A DNA stretch of 64,000 bases, from assembly GCF_009914755.1 (NCBI RefSeq), contig NC_060925.1. One strand, written 5' to 3'. Each line of letters starts with the position of its first letter. Position 1 is the first letter of the stretch. Position numbers and translations under genes: made by a program. Source of the DNA: the human T2T-CHM13v2.0 reference genome, Homo sapiens. Positions 63,350-64,000 of the stretch are shown one piece after another. A model generated the notes under the pieces. The model was not told where the DNA came from and made no database searches. It worked only from the letters and a program-made list of their open reading frames with translations.

Positions 63350-63560
63350 CATAAGGTAGCTGAAAAGCAGAAACTGGTATTTAGTGTCAGGCCCAGTACC
63401 AGATGCTAACTGTGTTTAATTTAATCTCTAAAGCACCCAGTACATTTATCATCCCCGTTGTACAGATGAAATAACTGAGGCACAGTTATGTATACATCAT
63501 CTGTTCAGTAACTCTCCCCATTTCACTCGTCTTGCCAGAGTCAGGAATGAAAACCAATTT
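63350..63560 (-). mobile_element. MIR fragment
   Basis: atccccgttgtacagatgaaataactgaggcacag. Confidence 0.7.
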
Positions 63561-64000
63561 TCCCTCAATGAAGCGAACTAGAATGCCTCTTCTCCCCTCT
63601 ACGAGAACCTTCATGATGTTCTCAGTATCTAACCTGCAGCCAACTACCTTCTGCCTGACTCTAACCAACTACACAAAGTCTGAGCCATGTCACTTAGCTC
63701 CACTGGAAATGCCTCCCTTGTCTAGCCCTCTACACGTGGTTTTGGTTCTTTTATTTCTCCAACAAGACTCCAAAGTTCTCCAAGAAAGAAGCCATATGTG
63801 CCCTTGACCCAGCCTTTAACTCTGCCCAGACACCATGCTCCTCCCACAGAAGTAAGAGGTGGGTCCAGCCATCTGTAGGGAAGGTAATAAGAACCAACAT
63901 AAAATTCAAGCCCATTTCCTTCCCAACTGGCAATGGAACAAAAAACCTTCCACCTCTCATTCTAAAGCCCACTGAACATTCATTTCCCTCACTGAAAGTA

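Overview
Primate (most likely human) genomic DNA from the DAB1 locus (Disabled-1, Reelin-pathway adaptor, 1p32), transcribed on the minus strand. The only protein-coding sequence found is the 203-nt exon carrying the start codon (5911-6113, minus strand: 136 nt 5'UTR plus 67 nt CDS, [22 protein letters not shown]|G). The ORF track misses it because it is too short. Bases 1-5910 are the following intron and 6114-64000 are the large upstream 5'UTR intron. That intron is dense in interspersed repeats: 9 full-length Alus, 3 Alu monomers, many MIR/L2 relics, L1M and L3/CR1 fragments, MaLR LTRs, hAT MITEs and a solo LTR12. Most interesting observations: (1) a 35-codon uORF in frame with DAB1 and separated from it by a single TAA; (2) a candidate two-exon alternative 5'UTR module at about 21.8-22.0 kb, next to a CACCC/RUNX-motif minisatellite; (3) candidate AG|GT recursive splice sites; (4) a sense-oriented LTR12 whose core promoter appears deleted and replaced by a small GATA palindrome; (5) an orphan THE1D piece that complements a deletion in a THE1D LTR 1.6 kb away; (6) several local tandem duplications of different ages. 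I see no evidence of a wholly new gene or system. Repeat subfamily names come from recalled consensus sequences, and boundaries without TSDs are approximate.
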